Program-made: the position numbers and the translations under genes
Part shown: positions 34,562 through 42,604 of the stretch, piece after piece
Position numbering within the stretch: position 1 is the first letter of the stretch
Layout: each line of letters starts with the position of its first letter
The notes under the pieces: generated by a model
Databases searched by the model: none
What the model was told of the DNA's origin: nothing
Seen by the model: the letters and a program-made list of their open reading frames with translations, nothing else
IMG/VR virus record: IMGVR_UViG_3300029821_000008
Direction: 5' to 3' (one strand)
DNA length: 48,342 bases
Source: a virus

Positions 34562-36403
34562 ATGGCAATAGGAAACGCAATAGGAATACCGTTTAAATTG
34601 GGGAGTTCGTACTGGACTCCACAAAGAAAGCCAACTTATATTGCATTAGAAATTTTATCTGATACATCAATTAAGGTTTATTGGCAAGACCCTATTGACA
34701 ATACACCTGATGGAATAAAAATATATGCAAATGATGTATTAAAGGAAACAGTTGCTTTTGGAGTAGAAACAAAAGATATTACTGGACTTACTGCAAACAC
34801 AGAGTATACAGTTAAGGTTGTTGCATATAAAGGGACACATGAATCAGCAGCCATATCAGATATTGCACGAACATTTGAGAAGTGGTTTCTAGCAGGGGGT
34901 ATTTCTGCTGATAATGCTAAAGTAGCTTATTATCCAAAAGGAAAGGCAACTCTTGCAGAAAGTTATATTAATGAAGTTAATCCTGGGACTAATGATCAGG
35001 TTGCAGTTGTAGCTCCCACACTTGATGCAGATGGGTGGAATTTTAACGGATCACAATACCTAAGGAATGGACTTGTACCTGTTAATAATCAAACATGGTC
35101 GTCAATAGTAAGATTCTCAAATTGGGTTGCTGCTAATAGTGCAAGTATATTTGGTATTTATGAAAGTGCTGACAAGCAATTCAGGCTAAGTATTGACAAT
35201 GCTTCAAATGCTATTTATGGAGGCAATGGCGGTCAAAGTGTTGGTATTGTACCAAAATTAACGCAGGGCGTTTTAGCTTTTGCGGGAGCAAATATATTCA
35301 TTAATTCAGTAGTTAATGGAGCTACCATTCCGGTGGGTTCAGGGAGTTTTACATATGATGAATATACAGGACAGGTTCATTATAGTTCTAATTCAGGATG
35401 GTTTACAGGTAAAATACAATCAAGGGCAACATATAATGCAGTTTTAACAGCGGCACAGATTTACAAGCTAACTGTTGAAGTGGAAGATTATGCAGTTCAG
35501 AAAAAGAATTACGTTGCTCGTAAATTTGGTGCTTTAATATGTTGGGGACTGCCTTCGTTTTTTAATTACACTGCATCTGAAAAAGCTCCTGCAAATGGAA
35601 ATCCAGATTTATTTAATCCGACAGGTATAGACATGGATGAATGGCTTGATACGCTTGTAGCATCAGGTATGAAGTATGCTATTCTGACAGTGAAACATCA
35701 TGACGGTTTCTGCTTATGGCCTTCAACTTATTCGGCAGGATTATACACTCCTTATTCAATAGCACAGTCAGCATGGTATACGGCAAATGGCAATCGGGAC
35801 ATTACTGCCGAGTTTTGTACAAAATGCAGAGAAAGAAACTTAAAGGTTGGATTGTATTTTTCAATCCTTGATGAAACATGGGAGGCAAGAACAAGCAAAG
35901 ATGAGACAACGGATGCTGCTGCGTATATTGCAATGATACAGGGTCAATTAAATGAACTGCTTTCTAATTACGGGAATATTGATTCTTTATGGTTTGATGG
36001 TTGGCAATGGCACACAGGGTATGCAAATATTCCTTATTCAACAATTTATAACTACATCAAAGGGAAGCAGGCTAATTGTGTGGTAGTAGATAATAATAGA
36101 GCAACGGTTGCTTTATCATCACCGACAGAGATATTGGTATATGAAAAGAACGGCACAGGTGATATTCCTGAAGCAAACTATAAACTCGCTGAGGAAACAC
36201 AAACCATAAGAAGCGATGTTCATTGGTACTGGCATCCAGATGATGCACAGACAGTAGCAAAATATTACACCAAAGCAGAAGTAAACAACTTGAAATCTTT
36301 GATTAATACAAGAGGTGGTGCTTTCTTACTTGGTGTAAGTCCTGATACTTCAGGTCATTTACCTGCTGTTCAAAAGGAATTACTTGAATCATTGACAACT
36401 TAG
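34562..36403 (+). CDS. Tail-associated FN3 / LamG-like lectin / GH29 alpha-L-fucosidase fusion protein
   Basis: An FN3-like segment (SIKVYWQDP...LTANTEYTVKVVAYKG) is followed by a ConA/LamG-like segment. The GH29 motifs are KFGALICWG, SGMKYAILTVKHHDGFCLWPS, KVGLYFS and IDSLWFDGW. Confidence 0.75.
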   Translation: MAIGNAIGIPFKLGSSYWTPQRKPTYIALEILSDTSIKVYWQDPIDNTPDGIKIYANDVLKETVAFGVETKDITGLTANTEYTVKVVAYKGTHESAAISDIARTFEKWFLAGGISADNAKVAYYPKGKATLAESYINEVNPGTNDQVAVVAPTLDADGWNFNGSQYLRNGLVPVNNQTWSSIVRFSNWVAANSASIFGIYESADKQFRLSIDNASNAIYGGNGGQSVGIVPKLTQGVLAFAGANIFINSVVNGATIPVGSGSFTYDEYTGQVHYSSNSGWFTGKIQSRATYNAVLTAAQIYKLTVEVEDYAVQKKNYVARKFGALICWGLPSFFNYTASEKAPANGNPDLFNPTGIDMDEWLDTLVASGMKYAILTVKHHDGFCLWPSTYSAGLYTPYSIAQSAWYTANGNRDITAEFCTKCRERNLKVGLYFSILDETWEARTSKDETTDAAAYIAMIQGQLNELLSNYGNIDSLWFDGWQWHTGYANIPYSTIYNYIKGKQANCVVVDNNRATVALSSPTEILVYEKNGTGDIPEANYKLAEETQTIRSDVHWYWHPDDAQTVAKYYTKAEVNNLKSLINTRGGAFLLGVSPDTSGHLPAVQKELLESLTT

Positions 36404-36466
36404 TGGCTTCGGTTCCTATATAACTATTTGATAAGTTAATTAACAAATAATCAATAAAGTAAAAAA

Positions 36467-37414
36467 ATGGGCTTTTTCAGAAAATTAAAGACAATAGATG
36501 AGATGCTGCCTGGGTTTTGGCTTAAAAAAGAAACAGAAGTAAGCCATAAAGTAGCTTTGACTTATCATTCGATGTGTCTTGTTTTTGCTGACTGGCTTGA
36601 GACAAAAGGGAAGCGGAATCTTCCTATGATAAAGATCACCCAGGATGATATGACAGAGTTTTTCTATTATCTGGGCCGGGATAAGAACCTGGATAAGCCA
36701 ACATGTGAAAAATATTGCATGAACATAAAAGCCTTCTGGAAGTATGCCGAGGAGTATGGAGAGGTTAATGAGCTGCCATTTGATCATATAACATTTCCGA
36801 GAAAGAAAAAGGACCAGGGAGCTGAGATGATACAAGCAAGTCATTTAAGGTTAGTACTTGAAGAAATGAGAGATCACCAACCACACTTGTTTTTAGCTGC
36901 TATGACTCAGTATTATTGTTTTATAAGACCTGGAAAAGAGTTAAGGTTATTAAAAGTAAACGACATTGATTTAGACAAAGGGCTTATAACTATCAGACAA
37001 GAAAACGCTAAAAACAAAAAGAAACAAATAGTAACTATGCCACAACAACTTATAGATATTTATAAACAATTTGGTATAGAAAACGAAGATAAAAATTATT
37101 ATGTATTTGGTAAAAAGAAAAAACCAGGTACAATTCCATTTTCTGTAAACATGTTAAGGTGGCAATTTAACAAAGTTAGAGAAAAACTTGATTTACCAAA
37201 AGAATACAAATGGTATAGTTTTAAACACAGTGGGGCGAGTAATTTACACCTTAGTGGCATATCAATGCGTGAGTTGATGGATCAACTTCGACATACAAAA
37301 CTAGAAGCGACTAGTCATTATTTGAAAAAGCACTGTGGTATTGTTAATGATAGAATAAGGAATAATTTTCCTATGCAATGTTATGGAATTGGCGACTGTA
37401 AAATACCAATATAA
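36467..37414 (+). CDS. int: Tyrosine recombinase / integrase
   Basis: An N-terminal SAM-like domain, box I (CFIRPGKELRLLKVNDID), a Lys in ENAKNKKKQ, and box II-like (YSFKHSGAS...LRHTKLEATSHYL) with a terminal Tyr. Confidence 0.8.
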   Translation: MGFFRKLKTIDEMLPGFWLKKETEVSHKVALTYHSMCLVFADWLETKGKRNLPMIKITQDDMTEFFYYLGRDKNLDKPTCEKYCMNIKAFWKYAEEYGEVNELPFDHITFPRKKKDQGAEMIQASHLRLVLEEMRDHQPHLFLAAMTQYYCFIRPGKELRLLKVNDIDLDKGLITIRQENAKNKKKQIVTMPQQLIDIYKQFGIENEDKNYYVFGKKKKPGTIPFSVNMLRWQFNKVREKLDLPKEYKWYSFKHSGASNLHLSGISMRELMDQLRHTKLEATSHYLKKHCGIVNDRIRNNFPMQCYGIGDCKIPI

Positions 37415-37435
37415 CACAGTAAAAATAACATTAAC

Positions 37436-37464
37436 TTAGTTGCATCGGTCTTTGACGCAACTAA
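37436..37464. other. Hairpin / inverted repeat just downstream of int (candidate attP core or terminator)
   Basis: 8-bp stem ttagttgc / gcaactaa with an inner gtc-ttt-gac mini-stem. No T-run follows. Confidence 0.3.
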
Positions 37465-37485
37465 AGCTGAATAATATAATACGAT

Positions 37486-37872
37486 ATGAATCACGAATGC
37501 ACAATGAAAGACGAATTAACTGAGATGGTTAAAAGTCTTCAAAACTCTGTCAAATGGACACTCGGCATTTGCGCCGGTACGATATTGTTTTTGGTAATTG
37601 CCATTGTTACTGTGCAAACTAAGCAGACAGCTCATGAGGTGTGGTTGCAAAAGATAAACGACAATTATGCTCCACTGGTAGTCGTGCAGGACATATCAAA
37701 AGACAATAGTAATCTGATTAAGATTTTACAGATGCTTCCTGAGACAACAAAAAATGATCCTCGTTACATTAATGCAGTTAACGAAAGTCAGTCATTCCAA
37801 ACTGAGGCATTAAGAAGGGCTGCAAGTGCAAAAAGAAGCACCGGCGGTGCAGGAATTGGAGGCTCGGAATGA
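37486..37872 (+). CDS. Membrane-anchored protein (single TM)
   Basis: TM segment WTLGICAGTILFLVIAIVTV. 128 aa, at the head of the lysis region. Confidence 0.45.
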   Translation: MNHECTMKDELTEMVKSLQNSVKWTLGICAGTILFLVIAIVTVQTKQTAHEVWLQKINDNYAPLVVVQDISKDNSNLIKILQMLPETTKNDPRYINAVNESQSFQTEALRRAASAKRSTGGAGIGGSE

Positions 37873-37943
37873 TAATTAAACTTTTGATACTGTCACTGGT
37901 AATGACTATATTGTGGATATTGTTTTTCAGAAAAAGGAGGTAA
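37869..37943 (+). CDS. 24-aa hydrophobic micro-protein
   Basis: ATGA overlap with the upstream stop. Product: MIIKLLILSLVMTILWILFFRKRR. Confidence 0.3.
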   Translation: MIIKLLILSLVMTILWILFFRKRR

Positions 37944-37944
37944 A

Positions 37945-38004
37945 ATGGATATCCAGGTAAGAAGGTTTGCTTTTAAAGAGTCGTACACTATCGGTCGATT
38001 ATAA
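37945..38004 (+). pseudogene. 19-codon gene stump with a perfect Shine-Dalgarno site (truncated phage protein N-terminus)
   Basis: AAGGAGGT at 37934-41, then ATG 37945, giving MDIQVRRFAFKESYTIGRL and a stop. From memory, this resembles the N-terminus (..R......YTIG.L) of a 120-130 aa protein family in Bacteroidota phages (possibly DUF5675). The HNH cassette follows. Confidence 0.3.
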
Positions 38005-38013
38005 AATATTGAT

Positions 38014-38021
38014 TATATTTG
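38014..38021 (+). promoter_or_regulatory. Bacteroidota-type -7 box TAtaTTTG in front of the HNH gene
   Basis: Exact TAnnTTTG match 19 nt upstream of ATG 38041. Confidence 0.4.
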
Positions 38022-38040
38022 ATTTAATAAATATAATTAT

Positions 38041-38850
38041 ATGGGAATTGAAATTACTAATAAAACAAAAGAGAAAAGAGTTGCATCATGTATAGCTTCA
38101 TGGAAGAACAGAAATGATTATATACAAGACATAAAACATCCCTATATTTATAATGTATGGAGATCTTTTATGTTTACACTAAGAGGGAAGAAAATAGGAT
38201 ATGATAAATCGTGGAGCGACTATAGAACATTTTATAATGATGTATTTTCTGCATATACAGAAGGATATAGATTTCAACGCATAAATAAAAAAGAAGCATT
38301 TGGACCGTTAAATTATATATGGGTTCCTGATAATTCACTTTCAATTTTAAGGGATAACACTATCTTAATTACTTATAACGGCGAAAGCCTATCAATGAAA
38401 GAATGGGCTATTCGATTAAATGTATCTTATCCCGGGATAAAGAATCGTTATTATAAACATAAAGAATATTCTGTAGATGAGGTACTTCTTGGTAAACATA
38501 AATCCCCTCCAAAGCCAAAAATGAATGCAAATGAATTATCTTATCAAAAATTAAGAGATAAGGCATCAAAAATGTGTTCATCTTATAGAACAAAAGATCG
38601 AAAATCAAGATTTGAGTTTAATTTAGATATAAAATGGCTTATTGAGAATATATTGTTTAAACCGTGTTCATATTGTGGAACCAAAGATCATATTGGGTGT
38701 GATAGGATAGATAATAACAAAGGGCATACAAAAGATAATGTAATTCCTTGTTGTTATGTTTGTAATACAGTAAGAGGAAATAACTTTACTGTTGACGAAA
38801 TGAAAATATTAGGTAAGTGTATATCTGGAATAAATAAAAATAGACAATGA
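38041..38850 (+). CDS. HNH homing endonuclease
   Basis: C-terminal CSYCGTKDHIGCDRIDNNKGHTKDNVIPCCYVCNTVRGN, an HNH motif with flanking Cys pairs. Confidence 0.8.
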   Translation: MGIEITNKTKEKRVASCIASWKNRNDYIQDIKHPYIYNVWRSFMFTLRGKKIGYDKSWSDYRTFYNDVFSAYTEGYRFQRINKKEAFGPLNYIWVPDNSLSILRDNTILITYNGESLSMKEWAIRLNVSYPGIKNRYYKHKEYSVDEVLLGKHKSPPKPKMNANELSYQKLRDKASKMCSSYRTKDRKSRFEFNLDIKWLIENILFKPCSYCGTKDHIGCDRIDNNKGHTKDNVIPCCYVCNTVRGNNFTVDEMKILGKCISGINKNRQ

Positions 38851-39278
38851 ATCATTTTTCAGAAACATCAAAAGCAAGATTAGAAACTTGCCACAGGGAT
38901 CTCAGATTATTATTTGCTCACGTTATACAAGATTTTGACTGTACTATTGTTTGCGGCCACAGAGATAAACCAGAACAAGATAAAGCCTTTGCGGAAGGTA
39001 AAAGCAAATTACCATACCCACAATCTAAACATAACTCTAATCCTTCGTGGGCTGTCGATGCTGCGCCGTATATTGACGGGAAGGTTGATTGGTCACGGGA
39101 TCAGCTTTTATTCTTTGCAGGGTACGTAAAAGGCAAGGCAGATCAATTATATAAAATCGGAACCATGTCACACCGGATAAGACTTGGTGCTGACTTCTCA
39201 GGTGACAACGATATTAATGACGAAAGATTTAAAGATGAACCTCACTTTGAACTTATACGCAATGAAAAAGATATTTAA
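38847..39278 (+). CDS. Endolysin, peptidase M15 (VanY / L-alanyl-D-glutamate peptidase-like)
   Basis: Motifs: CGHRDKPEQDKAF, SKHNSNPSWAVDAAP and EPHFEL, a zinc-ligand H..D...H pattern. Confidence 0.75.
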   Translation: MNHFSETSKARLETCHRDLRLLFAHVIQDFDCTIVCGHRDKPEQDKAFAEGKSKLPYPQSKHNSNPSWAVDAAPYIDGKVDWSRDQLLFFAGYVKGKADQLYKIGTMSHRIRLGADFSGDNDINDERFKDEPHFELIRNEKDI

Positions 39279-39357
39279 CTTTATAGTCGAGTATTGGCCA
39301 TATATTGGCTTTACAATAGTTTTTGGATTACTCATTTATTTATGTGAAACGCTATGA
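39262..39357 (+). CDS. 31-aa hydrophobic micro-protein (holin/antiholin accessory candidate)
   Basis: ATG 39262 lies in an alternative frame at the end of the endolysin gene. Product: MKKIFNFIVEYWPYIGFTIVFGLLIYLCETL. Its stop forms an ATGA overlap with ATG 39354. Confidence 0.35.
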   Translation: MKKIFNFIVEYWPYIGFTIVFGLLIYLCETL

Positions 39358-39683
39358 TTTACTGGATAATGTTTTTCGCAGGTACTCTTGCTTATTTCCT
39401 TTATAAGTTTATAACCAGGAGTAAAAAGACAATTGCACCGACTCTTAAATTCTGGTGGAAGGATAACGCTCCGGAACTGCTTTTGTCGTTCATTGTTGAC
39501 TTTGCCGTTGCCCTTGCTCTTATCGGAGAGATAGGTAATTTCGATCCGACAAAGATGACTTTCATCCCTGAATGGCTTCCGTTTGGATTTGTTGTTAAGT
39601 TGTTTTTCTTCTTTATCGGTTACGGCGGCGGGCTGGTAGTTTATAGCATACTTCAAAAAAAGGTCAAAGATGTCAAAGGTTAA
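39354..39683 (+). CDS. Holin-like membrane protein (about 3 TM segments)
   Basis: Hydrophobic segments IYWIMFFAGTLAYFLY, LLLSFIVDFAVALALIG and LFFFFIGYGGGLVVYSI, adjacent to the endolysin. Confidence 0.5.
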   Translation: MIYWIMFFAGTLAYFLYKFITRSKKTIAPTLKFWWKDNAPELLLSFIVDFAVALALIGEIGNFDPTKMTFIPEWLPFGFVVKLFFFFIGYGGGLVVYSILQKKVKDVKG

Positions 39684-40242
39684 ACTGATCATTCTTATTG
39701 CGGTTATCGTTTTAATCGGGGCCCTGGCTTCCGGATTACAAATCTATTTTAAGAAATACCAGTCAGAAAAAGCAGAACGGGAAAGGCTTTGGAATAACAA
39801 TCTTCAATTAACAGCCGAGAAACGAACGCATTTAGCATTAATTTACACGAAAGATGAATTTATAAGGGTTATATCCGACTCACTACGAAAGTCGCTTGAT
39901 TCGCTTAAGATTAAGCCAAAACAGGTAATTAAGGTTATATATCGCACTTTGACCGATATCGACACCGTTAACCATACTGTTTTTGTCGATTACCGGAAAA
40001 CTCACTGGCTTGTTTCTGATACGGGTAATTGCTTTATATGGTCTGGCATGGCATTTTTAAGTGACACTTCTTTGAAGGTAACCCGTACAGATTTCAAGTA
40101 TGAAAATAGTTTACCGGAATTATATTGGACTGAACGGCCTCACAAATTTCTTTTTATAAAGTGGGGAAAACGAAAGGTCAAACATATCACTTCCCCAAAA
40201 TGCGGAGGGATAAGTCAGGAAACAATTATTGAGATAAAATAG
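39670..40242 (+). CDS. Spanin-like / membrane-anchored lysis accessory protein
   Basis: An N-terminal TM (LIILIAVIVLIGALASGL) is followed by a charged helical region. It is the last gene before a terminator. Confidence 0.35.
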   Translation: MSKVKLIILIAVIVLIGALASGLQIYFKKYQSEKAERERLWNNNLQLTAEKRTHLALIYTKDEFIRVISDSLRKSLDSLKIKPKQVIKVIYRTLTDIDTVNHTVFVDYRKTHWLVSDTGNCFIWSGMAFLSDTSLKVTRTDFKYENSLPELYWTERPHKFLFIKWGKRKVKHITSPKCGGISQETIIEIK

Positions 40243-40285
40243 GTTTTGGTTTTTTCATATGGTTTTAGTAGTTTAGTTAGGCATT

Positions 40286-40317
40286 AGAGGTCAGTATTAA
40301 CTGGCCTCTTTTGTTTT
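40286..40317 (+). terminator. Rho-independent terminator after the lysis cassette
   Basis: 9-bp stem agaggtcag / ctggcctct with one G-U pair, loop tattaa, then TTTTGTTTT. Confidence 0.7.
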
Positions 40318-40341
40318 GTATTATAAATATTATTATATTTG
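40310..40341 (+). promoter_or_regulatory. Bacteroidota-type promoter (TTTG-N20-TAtaTTTG)
   Basis: TTTG at 40310-13 and TATATTTG at 40334-41. The roughly 95-nt leader contains a second hairpin (aaagccctc...gagggggcttt). Confidence 0.5.
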
Positions 40342-40441
40342 CTTTTGTATTCTGGTAGATACATGAAGATATTGGTTTGATAACCATAAAGCCCTCTCTC
40401 GTTTCTACCAGAACTTGAGGGGGCTTTTAAATTTATATATA

Positions 40442-40915
40442 ATGAAAGAAATAAAATTAACACAGGGGAAAATTGCATTAGTTGACGACGAAGATTTTGA
40501 ATATCTAAATCAATTCAAGTGGTATGCTTTGAAAAACAGGAACACATATTATGCTCAAAGAATGAAAACAATAAATGGAAAAGAGAGAGCAATAAAGATG
40601 CATCGAATAATAATGAATACTCCAAAAGGGATAGAAACCGATCATCGGGATCCTAACGGACTGAACAATCAAAAATACAACTTAAGGAATATAACATTTG
40701 GTCAAAATAGAATGAACAGGCTGAAAAATAAAAATGGCTCATCGCAATATAAGGGGGTTACTTATAATAATGGATATTTGATTGCACAAATAAAAGCAGA
40801 TGGAATACTTCACCGACTAGGAAGTTTTGATAATGAAAAAGATGCCGCAATAGCCTACAATGAAGCTGCAATAAAATATCACGGTGAATTTGCCAGCCTC
40901 AATGTAATCGAATAA
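40442..40915 (+). CDS. HNH endonuclease with AP2 DNA-binding domain
   Basis: ATG 40442 gives MKEIKLTQGKIALVDDEDFEYL. Motifs: ETDHRDPNGLNNQKYNLR (HNH_3-like) and the AP2-like YKGVTYNNGYLIAQI...LGSFDNEKDAAIAYNEAAIKYHGEFA. Confidence 0.8.
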   Translation: MKEIKLTQGKIALVDDEDFEYLNQFKWYALKNRNTYYAQRMKTINGKERAIKMHRIIMNTPKGIETDHRDPNGLNNQKYNLRNITFGQNRMNRLKNKNGSSQYKGVTYNNGYLIAQIKADGILHRLGSFDNEKDAAIAYNEAAIKYHGEFASLNVIE

Positions 40916-40986
40916 TTTTTCAGAAATCTTCAAAAGTATGATTTTTATCATTGTATAGACAGTTATAAAGACTTTACTTTGCTTTC

Positions 40987-41163
40987 ATGAAACAAGATTC
41001 TATCCGTTACGAAGTCGAGGGGCAAGTTTACAAAAGCACTCCTGATACAGAACAACAAAGATTCAGGGAAATGAAAGCAAATCACAGACCTGATTCTATT
41101 GTGAAGTGTATTGATTCGGATGGTAGTGTTTTGGATGAACTGAGACTTGATGAACTAATATGA
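40987..41163 (+). CDS. Hypothetical small protein (58 aa)
   Basis: Below the track cutoff. It is the first of three successive ATGA-coupled small ORFs, with a TAcTTTG-like box at 40974-80. Confidence 0.4.
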   Translation: MKQDSIRYEVEGQVYKSTPDTEQQRFREMKANHRPDSIVKCIDSDGSVLDELRLDELI

Positions 41164-41291
41164 AAAGCAAATTATCAACTAAGTGGTTTTATTGTAAAGT
41201 ATGCGGAACCCGACACCGGAGTTATGCAATGAAAGATATTTGCGAAGAACTATGTATGAAAATATTAACCTCTAACAAACCAAAGAAATGA
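41160..41291 (+). CDS. Hypothetical small Cys-containing protein (43 aa)
   Basis: ATGA overlaps at both ends, with a CKVCG...C..LC pattern. Confidence 0.35.
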   Translation: MKSKLSTKWFYCKVCGTRHRSYAMKDICEELCMKILTSNKPKK

Positions 41292-41437
41292 AACAGCTCT
41301 TTTATCTTAACGACAATCCTGAGTTCTTTGAGACGGTTGAATCTGATCTGATAACCTGGATTTATAAATATAACGGTCAAGCTTCATATTCCGTTGCACT
41401 CAGAGAATTAATCGAAACTAACTATAATCTAAACTGA
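41288..41437 (+). CDS. Hypothetical small protein (49 aa)
   Basis: ATGA overlap upstream. The next gene starts 3 nt after its stop. Confidence 0.35.
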   Translation: MKQLFYLNDNPEFFETVESDLITWIYKYNGQASYSVALRELIETNYNLN

Positions 41438-41439
41438 CT

Positions 41440-41622
41440 ATGACTCCATTTGCAGACCTAGCCCTATGCAATACAATTGCAGAAGTAAAGCAGGTAAGAA
41501 GGAAGTACATTGATTATATGCCTGATTATTTGAAATGGAAATTTGAGAACTGGATACAGCATTCAATGAGGCGGATATCCAGGATTGAACGGGAGAAATG
41601 CCAAGCAGAAAATCAGGAATAA
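41440..41622 (+). CDS. Hypothetical protein
   Basis: 60-aa ORF from the track. Confidence 0.4.
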   Translation: MTPFADLALCNTIAEVKQVRRKYIDYMPDYLKWKFENWIQHSMRRISRIEREKCQAENQE

Positions 41623-41672
41623 ATAAAGTAATTAACGGAGTCTCAGGTTTACCAAAGCGAAAGAAGCAAGTT

Positions 41673-41743
41673 CCCTGATTAATTAGTCCTGTGTAAATCT
41701 CCGACTAACAATAAGCAATAGATTGAAGTAAAATTAATCAGGG
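41673..41743. repeat. 12-bp perfect inverted repeat CCCTGATTAATT / AATTAATCAGGG (47-nt spacer) followed by a T-run
   Basis: The arms are at 41673-84 and 41732-43, with TATTTTTT after the second arm. The 8-mer CCCTGATT recurs at 42621-28, just after the radical SAM gene. Confidence 0.6.
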
Positions 41744-41779
41744 TATTTTTTGATTTGATTTACAACTAATAATAGGCAA

Positions 41780-42604
41780 ATGAAAATAATTCGGGTCTTT
41801 CCGAGAAAAACAAATGCAACTCCGAGCGATGACAATGTTGTTATTAATCAGATGCCTGATTTATATGATGAAGCCGATCAAATTCATGTATCCGTTACTT
41901 TTACATGGGATATTCCGAGGGCGGAATTATTATATAAGGCATGGGGTTATGCAGGAAATGTTTCTATCGGAGGTCCGGCATTTAATCAGAGTGGGAACGA
42001 TTTTATTCCCGGAATGTATTTAAAGCATGGATATACCATTACATCAAGGGGATGCCCTAATAAATGTTGGTTTTGTTCTGTGCCTAAAAGAGATCCTGTT
42101 TTAAGAGAATTTGAAATTAAGCCGGGATATAATATTGTTGATGACAATTTACTTGCTTGTTCTGATCAGCACATAATCAAAGTATTTGAAATGTTAAAAA
42201 CACAAAGTCAACCAGCGATATTCAGCGGAGGTATTGAGGCAAAACTATTAAAACAGTGGCACGTTGATTTATTTGCATCTATACGGATGAAAGAGTTGTT
42301 TTGCGCTTATGATACGCCCGATGACTATGAGCCATTGGTTGAAGCCGGAAAGCTGCTTAAACAGGCCAATATCACTTATGAGAATCGGAAAGCACGTTGT
42401 TATGTTCTAATCGGGTATCCAAATGATACTTTTGAGAAAGCATTAAAACGTATTAAGCAAACATTAGATGCCGGATTTTTCCCATTTGCAATGCTTTGGA
42501 GAGATGAAAAAGGTGAATTTAAAAGAGAATGGAAACAGTTTCAGAGACAATGGGCAAATCCAATTATAACAGCAGTAAATAGTAAAATATTGTTGAAAAC
42601 CTGA
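41780..42604 (+). CDS. Orphan radical SAM enzyme (short N-terminal Rossmann-like region plus CxxxCxxC core)
   Basis: TSRGCPNKCWFCSVPK cluster motif. 274 aa, with no partner biosynthetic genes nearby. Confidence 0.7.
   Translation: MKIIRVFPRKTNATPSDDNVVINQMPDLYDEADQIHVSVTFTWDIPRAELLYKAWGYAGNVSIGGPAFNQSGNDFIPGMYLKHGYTITSRGCPNKCWFCSVPKRDPVLREFEIKPGYNIVDDNLLACSDQHIIKVFEMLKTQSQPAIFSGGIEAKLLKQWHVDLFASIRMKELFCAYDTPDDYEPLVEAGKLLKQANITYENRKARCYVLIGYPNDTFEKALKRIKQTLDAGFFPFAMLWRDEKGEFKREWKQFQRQWANPIITAVNSKILLKT

Noticed and set aside
40284-40478. Minus-strand 64-aa ORF in the 40.2-40.4 kb intergenic region, considered as a possible divergently transcribed repressor
   Set aside because: It spans a plus-strand terminator and promoter and the start of the HNH-AP2 gene. 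Its product is low-complexity with no HTH-like segment. No minus-strand TAnnTTTG box precedes it.
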